64,000 nt of DNA from an uncultured Nitrospiraceae bacterium (lineage in GTDB: Bacteria; Nitrospirota; Nitrospiria; Nitrospirales; Nitrospiraceae). The notes under the pieces were generated by a model. It had not been told where the DNA came from, did no database searches, and saw only the letters and a list, made by a program, of their open reading frames with translations. The translations under genes and the position numbers were made by a program. Below, in pieces: positions 42,185-51,775 of the stretch (the first letter of the stretch is position 1; each line of letters opens with the position of its first letter). The DNA is taken from positions 288,001-352,000 of the forward strand of contig CAVSTP010000004.1 of the NCBI GenBank assembly GCA_963730935.1, written 5' to 3'.

Positions 42185-43582
42185 TTGCTTGACACCTCAA
42201 ACTTAATAGCTGAGGCACGAAGAGGATGTTTTTTCTTATTAGCCATGTTTATATACCAGGGCTGCTGCTCGCTGCTAGCCCTGAAGAGGCGGTTTGTCTT
42301 GAAACGAGTCGCATATCATTTAATCCTTGGCGTATTCCTTTTTGCTTTGACATTAGCCCTGCTTGAGACCGTAGCAGCTGTTTTTACACCATCCTGGCCC
42401 TACCGTGATTTACGTTCTGTCGGGCCAGAGTTTCTTCAGGGAGAGCGGAGCATAATTTCGTACCACCCTCAGTGGTGGGCCCCCGTAAATTCGTGGGGCA
42501 TGAGAGACTTTGAACGGGCAGTACAAGTACCGAACGGTAGAAAAAGACTGCTCTTTATCGGTGACAGCTTCCTTGAAGGAGGATTTACTGATTACCCACT
42601 GTCATTGCTAGTGGAAAAAGATCTATTCATGGGTGGAATGACATTGTTGGAAACGATAAACCTTGGTGTTTCGGCAACCGATCCGAAAAGTTATTTCTTC
42701 AGACTAAAGCACATAGGATTGAAGCTCGCTCCTGATCTTGCGTTTATCTTTTTCTATTCTGGGAACGACTTTCTTCGTAGTGAAGAAAGTTTCGAGGGAA
42801 GTCGCCTTTTCTCCGTGATTGATGAGTTGCCAAAGCCGTCGCTCCTTGGGTCGATCGCTCCGCGGCTTACGTGGCTTTTGGTTAACCGGTTTCGACTCTC
42901 GGAACTACTCCGAGCAAATCCGTCTATGCCGGCCGAGTTCGATGCGCTTTTCACAGCCACGCAGCTACCATACGAAGAAGGACTGCAAAGGATTACGGAA
43001 CATGCTCGTCGCTTTTATTTCCCGAATCTCGACGAGAAAGCCATATCGTCGATCCTTGGCCGAGGAGGCGTCTCATTCTGGAGATCGCTCAAGTTCAGAG
43101 AGACTGATCCCGAGTTTTTTCAGGGATGGATTCTAAAGAATCTGTTGCTCTGGGAAACCCAGAGCGGGGAATATGCGACGAGTACCGCACACGCTGATAC
43201 AATGCTGGCTCCGGATGAGATCGAGGCGACCCTAACCTGGCTCCGTGCCGCGAATGATCTTGCTGCAAGAAATAGAATAAAAGTAGTCTTATTCTTAGTG
43301 CCGGTTGGGACGACCGATCCGTCATTTGTAGCGTATTGGAAACCATGGCCTCGCTATTTCAGCTGGAATTACATCTCTGATGCGCGTCACTTGCGGTTGA
43401 GTCATCGTCTAAAAGAGGAAGGATTACGGTTTGTGGATTTGAGAGACGTGCTCGATGGGATACCCGACACTTACAGGAAGACCGACGGCCATTGGACAGT
43501 AAAGGGACAGAGTGTTGTAGCGGCTAGGGTTCTTCAGGAAATCGGGAAACTCTATCCGGAAATCCGAGCAAGTCATCAGTAG
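42185..43582 (+). CDS. Membrane-anchored SGNH/GDSL hydrolase (AlgX/AlgJ-like); start uncertain
   Basis: FIGDSF, INLGVS, SGND and DGHW blocks; N-terminal TM. Confidence 0.8.
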   Translation: MLDTSNLIAEARRGCFFLLAMFIYQGCCSLLALKRRFVLKRVAYHLILGVFLFALTLALLETVAAVFTPSWPYRDLRSVGPEFLQGERSIISYHPQWWAPVNSWGMRDFERAVQVPNGRKRLLFIGDSFLEGGFTDYPLSLLVEKDLFMGGMTLLETINLGVSATDPKSYFFRLKHIGLKLAPDLAFIFFYSGNDFLRSEESFEGSRLFSVIDELPKPSLLGSIAPRLTWLLVNRFRLSELLRANPSMPAEFDALFTATQLPYEEGLQRITEHARRFYFPNLDEKAISSILGRGGVSFWRSLKFRETDPEFFQGWILKNLLLWETQSGEYATSTAHADTMLAPDEIEATLTWLRAANDLAARNRIKVVLFLVPVGTTDPSFVAYWKPWPRYFSWNYISDARHLRLSHRLKEEGLRFVDLRDVLDGIPDTYRKTDGHWTVKGQSVVAARVLQEIGKLYPEIRASHQ

Positions 43583-43716
43583 GAGTGGGTCCCATCTAGG
43601 TCTAGGTTTCCTGTACTGTACTCTGCCGTGTCTTGCTGTTGCCATAACTACATGGGAGTGTTGATCTCCCGTGTGCGGCTTTGTCCCGCCGGATCCTCTC
43701 GTATATTCGCCTAATG

Positions 43717-43764
43717 TGCTTTGGGAACAGGATCTCGGAGGTTCAAATCCTCTCGCTCCGACCA
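43717..43764 (+). repeat. Displaced 3' half of tRNA-Pro (att site of island B)
   Basis: 48 nt vs 36422-36469 with three mismatches; starts at TGCTTTGGGA and ends in ACCA. Confidence 0.92.
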
Positions 43765-43855
43765 AACAAAGCTAGCTCGTACTGGCGCCTCATCGGCGTT
43801 AGCCCTCTTCATATATTGGTGCCGAATAAAGACCCCTCCAGTAGTTTCTTGCTAT

Positions 43856-44647
43856 CTAGCTCGTGTGTACCTGCGGTTCATCACGCGCTGCTCTCTTCAT
43901 TTGCGCCGCCAGATCACAATATTGTTCTGCTTCCTGACAAGCGCTCCGCTCAGCGACGTTGAGAAGCGCAACTTTCATTCGGGATCTGGGCCACAATTCC
44001 ATCTCGGTATCGGCATGCCAAGCGTTGGCGATCGCCTGCTTCATTTCATGGAGGGGTGCATCGATGGTGTATAAGAAATCGCTGTGCGGCCGATCAGCGC
44101 GGTAGTCTGGTTGCCGCTTAGGTTGCTTCAAATAGCGGGAAATGATGTGTGCATGCATCCGGTAGAGAACCGTGCCGTGAAATAAGAGGGCATTTCTCTT
44201 TCTCCGCTGTGCACTTCCCGAGATCTTTCGGCCATTGACGGTCAAATCACTGATGCCTTGCACCGCAATTGCTGGTTGCCATCGCGAGAGTGCATTGGCC
44301 ATACGCTGTAAAATAAATGTATTGGTCAGACGGATATCTCGTAAATCAGCATGTAGCGAGATGGGAAGGACGACGGCATATGAAAGGCATCCGGGGCCTT
44401 GTAATACCGTGCCGCCGCCGCTCGCCCGCCGCCAAATAGGTACGCTGTCTTGACGGCAAGCGTCGACATGGACATCGTCAACGAGGCTAGAGGAACGTCC
44501 TAGTACGACAAAGTAACGGTCGCTTTCCCACAAACGAAGGACCGGATGGCTGTGGTTCTCTTCTAGGTCGTCAAGCAAGGCCTCGTCGAGGGCAAGATTC
44601 TCTAGAGGGGAGAGCAGGGTCAGGTCGAGCAGATTAAATGAGACCAT
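43856..44647 (-). CDS. Lipoate-protein ligase family protein
   Basis: NLALDEALL, RRASGGGTV, DL...GRKISGSAQ, HGT. Confidence 0.9.
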   Translation of the reverse strand: MVSFNLLDLTLLSPLENLALDEALLDDLEENHSHPVLRLWESDRYFVVLGRSSSLVDDVHVDACRQDSVPIWRRASGGGTVLQGPGCLSYAVVLPISLHADLRDIRLTNTFILQRMANALSRWQPAIAVQGISDLTVNGRKISGSAQRRKRNALLFHGTVLYRMHAHIISRYLKQPKRQPDYRADRPHSDFLYTIDAPLHEMKQAIANAWHADTEMELWPRSRMKVALLNVAERSACQEAEQYCDLAAQMKRAARDEPQVHTS

Positions 44648-44682
44648 GTCTACATCCAGTTAGGTCATCGAGAGTGTGCGAT

Positions 44683-45696
44683 TCACAGCTTATACTTGCC
44701 TTCGAGTACCTGTACGAGCACTTTGCCCATCGGCCCTTGTGCCAACCGGGCGAACCCTTCTTTTGCCTTTTCGAAGGGAACAGTGCTGTCTATTTGTGGG
44801 CGTCGTCCAATGGCATCCAGCCGACCAACGATCTCCTTCCATATGGCTTGAGCTTGCTCGGCGCTGTAGTCACCAACCGAGACACCGCCGATGCGAATGC
44901 GGCGGAACAAGAGAGTGGCCGTATTGAACTCAGGCACAGGCCCTCCGCTTCTCCCAACCACGCTCATTCGGCCACCATAGTCGAGTAGCCCTACGAGCTG
45001 AGAAAATAGCGGGCCGCCGACGCTGTCGATCACAAGGTCAAGTTTTTTCGGCGCAACAGCGCCTACGATCACCTTTGCAAGATTAGGGTCGTTCGGATCG
45101 AACACGAAATCGGCTCCGAGTTCAGTCAGCCTAGCTCGCTTGTGCACGCTGCGTGACAACGCTGCCACGGTAAGATTCATCGATTTCCCGAGCAGCACCG
45201 CCGCCACTCCGACACCGCCTGACGCGCCGGTCACGAGAACCTTGGATCCCGCCGGGGGAGGAGCTGGAGGATCGGTCCATTGAGTGAGTGCCTGCCAAGC
45301 AGTTAAGAAGACCAACGGGGCGGCAGCCATCTCTTCGAGCGCCCAGCCTTGCGGGGGACGGGCCACGCTGTGGGCGGGTACGACGACTTTCTCGGCCAAC
45401 GTACCCCAGACATCGACACCGACATCACAACGTAAGATCCCGACCGTTTCTCCTGGTCGGACGTCGCGCACCCCGGCTCCGACTGCCGCCACGTCGCCGA
45501 CTCCATCGCGACCGAGAACGTGGGGAAGCCGTGGCTTGGCTGGATACATCCCAGAAGCAAGAAAGGCATCCGCGGGATTGAGTCCTGCGAGTCGCACGTT
45601 CAAGAGCACGTCGTCCGGACCAGGACGAGGATCAGGTACTTCACCAAGCCGAAGCCCCTCGATTCCTTCATGGGAATCCATCAACCATGCGCGCAT
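44683..45696 (-). CDS. NADPH:quinone oxidoreductase (MDR family)
   Basis: GLNPAD, PHVLGRDGVG, VTGASGGVG, GKVL. Confidence 0.9.
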   Translation of the reverse strand: MRAWLMDSHEGIEGLRLGEVPDPRPGPDDVLLNVRLAGLNPADAFLASGMYPAKPRLPHVLGRDGVGDVAAVGAGVRDVRPGETVGILRCDVGVDVWGTLAEKVVVPAHSVARPPQGWALEEMAAAPLVFLTAWQALTQWTDPPAPPPAGSKVLVTGASGGVGVAAVLLGKSMNLTVAALSRSVHKRARLTELGADFVFDPNDPNLAKVIVGAVAPKKLDLVIDSVGGPLFSQLVGLLDYGGRMSVVGRSGGPVPEFNTATLLFRRIRIGGVSVGDYSAEQAQAIWKEIVGRLDAIGRRPQIDSTVPFEKAKEGFARLAQGPMGKVLVQVLEGKYKL

Positions 45697-45768
45697 CGAC
45701 GGGTCCTAGCCAAGAGGAAGTTGGAATAGCGCAGCATACTTTCAACGCGTGCATGCGTCACAACTGCA

Positions 45769-47712
45769 TCAGACCACGGCGTGCTCCTGCTTTTCCACAG
45801 CACTTGAAGGAGCGTCTGCCTGTGCCCGATAATCTTCAAGGTTGCGTTCAATGATTCCCTTGGAGAGAGATGGATAGGTACCGCCGAGTGCCTTTCTGCC
45901 GATGATCGTGACTGGCGTGTCGTGGTTGAAAATCAGCTCTCGAATCTGCTGTTTCACACGTGATCTGGCCTGATCAACCACTTCTTGGGCAAGATCCCAG
46001 ACTTCCGTCTGTCCCGCTGTCCGTTGTTGCTCCTCCGCGTAGAGGCTGGTCACCGCAATCAATAGGAGATCTTCGCCGACCGCTTCAATGCGGTTCTGGC
46101 GCCCCTGGTCGTCTCGAAACGCCTGCCGCAGCCAAAGCATCGCGTAAAACACCGCACGAGCAAGCCGGCGACTCGCACGCTCGACAAAAAGAAGGTGCGA
46201 CCGTACGTGTGGGGCCCGGAAGAGTGTCCCAGCGGGCAACCGCCCCGGCATCCATCGCCTGGCATACCAGGGCACGTAGAATTTGATCAGGCGCGCGATT
46301 TCCGTGAGCCGCCGGGCCGCCGACATCCTGTCATCAAAATAATCCCGCACACGCTCCAGGTGCATGTTGAGTGCTTCGCGGGCCACGAACGGACGCAAAA
46401 CGTCGGTTGCGCCTTCCCCGATGCGGTACATCTCAGCATCACGGACCAATTGTTCGATCCCGAAAGCCGGTTCACCGCGTACCCGCTTCGAATCCGCGGT
46501 CTCATACCCCATGCCTCCGAAGATAGTCTGAGCATCTTTTAGGAAGTGGATGGTAGTTTCGGAACAGAACAGTTTGGCAATTGCGGCCTCGATTCGGACG
46601 TCATAGCGGTGGTGGTCCGCCATGCGCCAGACTGTGAAAGCCAGAGCCTCCATTGCGAAAAGGCGTGCGGCCATCCGACCAACCCGCATCCGCTGGGTCT
46701 GCGACTCGGCGAGACGTCTTTGGAACGTGACTCGGCTGTTGGCTCGATCGAGCGTCGGCTGCCATGCTTGTTTCGCCATGCCCAGGCAGATCGCCGGAAT
46801 GCTCACCGCGCGACCGACATTAAGAATCGTCAGGGCGTATTTGAGTCCGCGTCCGACTTCGCCGATCAGACATGAGGCGGGAATGCGGACATCGTTTAGC
46901 GTGATGTGTGCATTTTCGATGCCCCGGCATCCCTCGAATTGACATCGCTGCCGGATCACCACTCCAGGAGTCTTCATATCTAGAACAAAGGCGGTATGAA
47001 CTGATTGCTCCGCTTCTTTCCCTTCCGGAACAGGAGTCCAGACGACATGGCCGCCTTGCTCTTCACGTCTTGCCGGCACACGAGCGATCAGCGTGAGATA
47101 TCGGGCGATGGGAGCGTTCGTACACCACAGTTTCTCACCGTTGACCACATAGTTCCCGCTGACATCAAGAACCGCTTGGGTTCTGATATTGGCGGCATCT
47201 GATCCGGTGAGGGGTTCGGTGAGCGCGAAAGCGGAGACCGCTTCACGGGCCACGATCGGCAGATACTGACGCTTCTGTTCTTCGCTCCCGAACAGGAGCA
47301 CCGGCATCGCGATACCAATCGATTGGGGAACGGCCACCGTGAGGGCAAGAATATTGCTCCATCCCGCGATGAGTACGAGAGCACGCCCGTAGTTCTGGTA
47401 CGAGAAGCCCAAACCGCCGTACTCTCTGGGAATCTTCATGGCGAACGCGCCAATCGAGAACAGACCGCTAATGACAGAATCCGGAATCTTCGCGGTCCGC
47501 TCAATTTCGTCCGGATCAACGTGGTGAGTGAGAAAGTGTTCCAATCGGGGCCGGAACTCTTCCCATGTGGCTTTCTGTTCGGGAGATTCGTCCGGGGTGA
47601 GAAGGAGAGAGAAATTTGGTTCACCGGCGTAGAGACCCGCCATGAAGCTATCCCCGGCAAGTCGCTCGCGCGCTTCTTCGATTCGCTCCAGGCCTTTGAA
47701 GAGCTGGGTCAC
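45769..47712 (-). CDS. Acyl-CoA dehydrogenase (long, VLCAD-like)
   Basis: AFALTEP..GSD, NGEKLWCTN, IFGGMGY, RIGEGA. Confidence 0.92.
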   Translation of the reverse strand: MTQLFKGLERIEEARERLAGDSFMAGLYAGEPNFSLLLTPDESPEQKATWEEFRPRLEHFLTHHVDPDEIERTAKIPDSVISGLFSIGAFAMKIPREYGGLGFSYQNYGRALVLIAGWSNILALTVAVPQSIGIAMPVLLFGSEEQKRQYLPIVAREAVSAFALTEPLTGSDAANIRTQAVLDVSGNYVVNGEKLWCTNAPIARYLTLIARVPARREEQGGHVVWTPVPEGKEAEQSVHTAFVLDMKTPGVVIRQRCQFEGCRGIENAHITLNDVRIPASCLIGEVGRGLKYALTILNVGRAVSIPAICLGMAKQAWQPTLDRANSRVTFQRRLAESQTQRMRVGRMAARLFAMEALAFTVWRMADHHRYDVRIEAAIAKLFCSETTIHFLKDAQTIFGGMGYETADSKRVRGEPAFGIEQLVRDAEMYRIGEGATDVLRPFVAREALNMHLERVRDYFDDRMSAARRLTEIARLIKFYVPWYARRWMPGRLPAGTLFRAPHVRSHLLFVERASRRLARAVFYAMLWLRQAFRDDQGRQNRIEAVGEDLLLIAVTSLYAEEQQRTAGQTEVWDLAQEVVDQARSRVKQQIRELIFNHDTPVTIIGRKALGGTYPSLSKGIIERNLEDYRAQADAPSSAVEKQEHAVV

Positions 47713-47722
47713 GAAAACCTCC

Positions 47723-49129
47723 TTAGGAGATCATCTCCTGTACAGGAGTTGTCTGGTCCAATTCTTCGAATCGAGCCGTAAAATGTCGCAGCATCGGCGC
47801 CTCGTAGATCATCGTGAGACCATGAATGCTCTCTCGGCGGCGATATAGGTCGACGATCGATTCGGCCACGTAGCCGATCTGCATGTTCGTATAGACCCGA
47901 CGCGGGATGGCGAGCCGAACCATTTCGAGCTCCGGATGGAGGATGCGACCGGTCGCGGCCTCCCGCTTTCCGAACATCACCGTGCCGATTTCGACTCCTC
48001 GGATCCCATAGTCCCTATACAGTGCGACGGCTAACGATTGGGCTGGAAATTGGTCCTGCGGGATGTGTGGAAGAAATTCTTTGGCGTTCAGATAGACGGC
48101 ATGTCCGCCGATCGGTTTGAGAATTGGCACGCCGGCTTGATCGAGGAGTTCTCCCAGATACCGGACCTGCCCGACGCGGAAGCTGAGGTAGTCCTCGTCG
48201 AGGACTTCACGGAGTCCTCTGGCCATCGCTTCCAGGTCGCGCCCCGCCAGCCCGCCGTAAGTCGGGAACCCTTCGACCAGAATGAGCATGTTCGTAATCT
48301 CCCGGGCCCATTCTTCGTTATTGAGGCTGAGAAATCCGCCGATGTTCACGAGGCCGTCCTTCTTGGCGGACATGGTGCAACCGTCGCCATAACCGAACAG
48401 CTCTTGAGCGATTTCCAGAATGGAACGGTCCACATAAGCCTGCTCACGCTCCTTGATGAAGAAGCAATTTTCGGCGAAACGACAGGCGTCGAAAAAGAGA
48501 GGAATGCCATGCCGATGCAGGAGCGCCCGGGTCTGTCTGATGTTTTCCATCGAGACCGGCTGCCCGCCGCCGCTGTTGTTTGTAATCGTCAGTAACACCA
48601 ATGGAATCCGGTCCCGACCGACGCGGTTGATGATCTCTTCCAGCCTCATCACATCCATGTTCCCTTTGAAGGGTGATTCATTGTGCGGGTCGTAGGCCTC
48701 TTTCACCACCGCATTGATCGCCTGTGCGCCTTGATGTTCAATGTTGGCCCTCGTCGTATCAAAGTGAATATTGTTGGGAACGCACATGTCAGGCTTCACG
48801 ACGGTGGAAAACAGGAGGTTCTCGGCCATGCGGCCTTGATGGGTGGGAATGACGTGTTTGTACCCAAAGATGGAGCGTACCGTCTCTTCGAAGTGATAAT
48901 AATTCTTGCTGCCGGCATAGGATTCGTCGCCCATCATCAAGCCGGCCCATTGATAGTCGCTCATGGCAGAGGTGCCGCTGTCGGTCAACAGGTCGACGTA
49001 AACGCTTTCGGCCGGGATTCGAAAGAGGTTGTAGCCGGCATCATTCAACAGGCGGTCACGTTCGGCGCGCGTGGTACGCCGAATCGGCTCTACGACTTTG
49101 ATCTTGAACGGCTCGGAGGGAAACTTCAT
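47723..49129 (-). CDS. tnaA: Tryptophanase
   Basis: EPFKIK, DLLTDSG, MSAKKDG (PLP Lys); VEIG and LRHFTA match tryptophanase rather than tyrosine phenol-lyase (MERG, LRFFTA). Confidence 0.88.
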   Translation of the reverse strand: MKFPSEPFKIKVVEPIRRTTRAERDRLLNDAGYNLFRIPAESVYVDLLTDSGTSAMSDYQWAGLMMGDESYAGSKNYYHFEETVRSIFGYKHVIPTHQGRMAENLLFSTVVKPDMCVPNNIHFDTTRANIEHQGAQAINAVVKEAYDPHNESPFKGNMDVMRLEEIINRVGRDRIPLVLLTITNNSGGGQPVSMENIRQTRALLHRHGIPLFFDACRFAENCFFIKEREQAYVDRSILEIAQELFGYGDGCTMSAKKDGLVNIGGFLSLNNEEWAREITNMLILVEGFPTYGGLAGRDLEAMARGLREVLDEDYLSFRVGQVRYLGELLDQAGVPILKPIGGHAVYLNAKEFLPHIPQDQFPAQSLAVALYRDYGIRGVEIGTVMFGKREAATGRILHPELEMVRLAIPRRVYTNMQIGYVAESIVDLYRRRESIHGLTMIYEAPMLRHFTARFEELDQTTPVQEMIS

Positions 49130-50088
49130 GCCAATGACCTCTTGACTCGAGCCAGTTCTGCCTTGAAAGCCTGTGGACCTGAATACTCAAACACATACCG
49201 AGTCATATCGAAGAGCGGAGCGGGATCCAAATCCCTGAGGAGGTCCGGCTTCCACGTAATCTCCAATTGGTTGATCATCGTTATGGGAGTCGGCGTCCCG
49301 ACCACGCCGAGTTCCATCTGCCCGTATGACTGAGAAAAGATGAGAATCTCGCGGTCAAACATCGCGGCATTGAGATCGGTCGCGGCCCCTTGGCGTCTAT
49401 AATCCTCTTCGAATCGCCGGAACGCCGGGGAGCGATCGAGTTGCTCCCTAAAGGCGTAGAAGATATTGATGCCGGCCCGGTGTTGATCGTCCATGACCTG
49501 CACCGCATCGGCCACCACTGCCTCGTGTTGCATCTGCTCCCGGGTTAGCACCAATAGGCGGCGAATGACGACTCCACGCTTGGCTGCGACCTGGTTTGCC
49601 AAGAGATAGTTCGGATACAGTGCCTCGCCTTTCTTCCAGATGTTCCAGCGCTCCATGACCGCATCAATGGAGCGGTCGGCCGTTTGAACAAGGCGGACCG
49701 CTTCGGCATTGGCCTCCGCACCTTCGTAGGTCAAGGTTTGGGTCTCGAGTTGCCGCAGTTCGCGCCCGATCGCCTCGACCTTCCGTGGGATGTATCGTGG
49801 TGTCTTGGGCACGTGGAGCATGACGTCGACCGCCGTCAATGCCAGGGTCCAATATTGTTTGGCAGAGCTCGGGGCCTTCTCTTTCTGAGCGATGAGCAGA
49901 AGTTCCACGGGGTTCTTATCCAGCAGTTTGGCGATCTTCATGCAGATTTCCGGTTTCGGAATCTTGAGTCCGCGGCGGATCAAATTGGCATCCGGTTGCG
50001 CAATCCCCAGCCTTTTTGCCAACGCGTAGTCGCTGGCAAGGTCATACCGTTCTTTGATTGCCTCAAGATACGCCGAAATCTCAGACAT
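49126..50088 (-). CDS. Xre-type HTH regulator with large C-terminal domain
   Basis: SDYALAKRLGI...KIAKLLDKNP N-terminal HTH; GAGGAG RBS; stop overlaps tnaA start. Confidence 0.78.
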   Translation of the reverse strand: MSEISAYLEAIKERYDLASDYALAKRLGIAQPDANLIRRGLKIPKPEICMKIAKLLDKNPVELLLIAQKEKAPSSAKQYWTLALTAVDVMLHVPKTPRYIPRKVEAIGRELRQLETQTLTYEGAEANAEAVRLVQTADRSIDAVMERWNIWKKGEALYPNYLLANQVAAKRGVVIRRLLVLTREQMQHEAVVADAVQVMDDQHRAGINIFYAFREQLDRSPAFRRFEEDYRRQGAATDLNAAMFDREILIFSQSYGQMELGVVGTPTPITMINQLEITWKPDLLRDLDPAPLFDMTRYVFEYSGPQAFKAELARVKRSLA

Positions 50089-50139
50089 TGAGCTCCTCTT
50101 CCCTGATGACGGCGACATCCTCGTGATGCCAAGACATCA

Positions 50140-50871
50140 TCATGCCGCGTGATGGTACGTGGGATGGATCGTCTTATCAGGGAACGTTTGCCGCTCCAGG
50201 CCCATCCAAAATCCTTCAAGATAATCAAGCACCGCACTCACGCCAGTCCGAAAGTCTTCCTTGTCGCGTTCCGACAGCCCGTCTTGTGCGGCGCCTTGAA
50301 CTGCCTCCACTGCATGCTTCATCGCCTCCTCATGAGTACTTTCGAGCTCGCGATGAAAGGTGAAGTAGGTGATGTCCATTTGAGGATAGCGGGTATTCTT
50401 CAACTGAGTGAGGCCCGGAATCAGGTGGTCCCACATCGTAATTGCCATATTTTCAAGGCCGAAGGATGCGCCGAGCGCCTTTGTGTGATTGCCGTCGCTA
50501 TAGAGCCGTTCCATTCCCTCGATGTAACTTCGAGTTGAAGGGAGCATCGGCCGCGTCATGGCGTCATGGATATCGACTCCTGCTGATCGAAGAAAGTCCC
50601 GATAGAGGAGTTCGTGCCGATGTCGGCTCTGGCCGTCACCCAACTCGGAATACAGAACTTTGGTCAGCTCATCAGCGACTTGTTCATCTTCGGTATTCAC
50701 GAGCTGCGAGATGAGAATACGTGGAAAGAACCGCGCGAAGTTATAGAACTCGATGGCGAATTCTCTAAACTCACTGTCCGAAACATTTCCCGCGCGAAAG
50801 CGGGTGAGATAGACATTGTTGATCGCACCATGCCCGAGCACGAGGCGCCGCATGTCTTGATGGAATGTCAT
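50140..50871 (-). CDS. Heme-oxygenase-like dimetal enzyme (CADD/PqqC-like)
   Basis: SELG...RHE, GLENM, YFTFHRELESTH give six E/H ligands; GGAGG RBS. Confidence 0.85.
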   Translation of the reverse strand: MTFHQDMRRLVLGHGAINNVYLTRFRAGNVSDSEFREFAIEFYNFARFFPRILISQLVNTEDEQVADELTKVLYSELGDGQSRHRHELLYRDFLRSAGVDIHDAMTRPMLPSTRSYIEGMERLYSDGNHTKALGASFGLENMAITMWDHLIPGLTQLKNTRYPQMDITYFTFHRELESTHEEAMKHAVEAVQGAAQDGLSERDKEDFRTGVSAVLDYLEGFWMGLERQTFPDKTIHPTYHHAA

Positions 50872-51040
50872 GAGAGTCCCTCCAGGACGAGGAGTGGAGC
50901 GGGGGAGGCGCGATTCATAGTCAACCTGGCTCGATGATATACCTTTTATATCACCCATGCAAGAAGAGACTGTTGGCCAGAACCAATGGCCTGTATGGTC
51001 ATATGGAGGATGTGCGGCGTGGTATCATTACTAAAACATG

Positions 51041-51114
51041 TTGCCATTGGAATACAATAATAGTAGTATCCTATCATACAATGTAATAAGGGCATTGCTG
51101 TGATGACTCACAGC
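51041..51114 (+). promoter_or_regulatory. Promoter and palindromic site for the rightward catabolic operon
   Basis: TTGCCA (51041-46), 17 nt, TAGTAT (51064-69); GCTGTGA-N4-TCACAGC (51097-51114). Confidence 0.6.
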
Positions 51115-51163
51115 CAACGGAATGCATCCTAAGTAACGTTTGCGGTGAGGAGGGACCTTCACC

Positions 51164-51751
51164 ATGATAGAGCCAAGAAGCATCGATCACATCACGCTCT
51201 GCGTGGAAAATCTGGCCGAGGCCGAATTCCTCTTCACAAAGGTTCTAGGTTTTGAAGTGATTTGGTCGGCGCGCGACGTCGGCACCGACAAATCGTCGAT
51301 GGATACCGTGGTCGTCCAGTGCGGCGCCGCAAGAATTGCTCTCATGCAAGGCCGAGACAAGGCCATGAAATCCCAAATTACCGACTTTATCGAGCGGTAC
51401 GGCCAAGGGGTGCAACATGTCGCGCTCGAAGTGGATGACATCGAGGCCGTATGTCGTGAGTGGGAAGCTCACGGCGTCAAATTCAGTGGAGCGGTGAAGG
51501 AAGGCCGCGATGGATTCGGACCGCTCAAGCAACGATTTACCTATCCGCTCTTTCCGGGGAGCGGCCTGTTCATTGAATTGACTCAAAGAGAGCATGGAGA
51601 GGAAAGGGCCAAGACCTTTGTCCGCAGCACGGTCGAGTCATTGTACAAGGATATCGAACGGGACCAAGCCTCCGGAGCTCAACGAACGATCATCGATTAC
51701 GACTCCAGAGAGCCTCGTACGCCACCTGCGCCGTTGAAGAAGGCGTCATGA
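51164..51751 (+). CDS. Single-domain 4-hydroxyphenylpyruvate dioxygenase-like VOC protein
   Basis: IDHIT, SQITDFIERYGQGVQHVAL, LKQRFT, LFIELTQR, LYKDIERDQ match the HPPD C-terminal catalytic domain; directly upstream of hmgA. Confidence 0.8.
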   Translation: MIEPRSIDHITLCVENLAEAEFLFTKVLGFEVIWSARDVGTDKSSMDTVVVQCGAARIALMQGRDKAMKSQITDFIERYGQGVQHVALEVDDIEAVCREWEAHGVKFSGAVKEGRDGFGPLKQRFTYPLFPGSGLFIELTQREHGEERAKTFVRSTVESLYKDIERDQASGAQRTIIDYDSREPRTPPAPLKKAS

Positions 51752-51775
51752 TCACGCCTGATTGCGGAGGTCCGC

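Noticed and set aside
43717..43764. Second functional tRNA-Pro
   Set aside because: No D arm or 5' acceptor strand upstream, and the anticodon stem is mismatched; it is an att remnant
43424..43765. Minus-strand ORF beginning MVGARGFEP
   Set aside because: Antisense translation of the tRNA 3' fragment, a well-known artefact
47723..49129. Tyrosine phenol-lyase call, suggested by the neighbouring tyrosine genes
   Set aside because: Diagnostic residues (VEIG, LRHF, SAKKD) are tryptophanase-type; no TnaC-like leader was seen either
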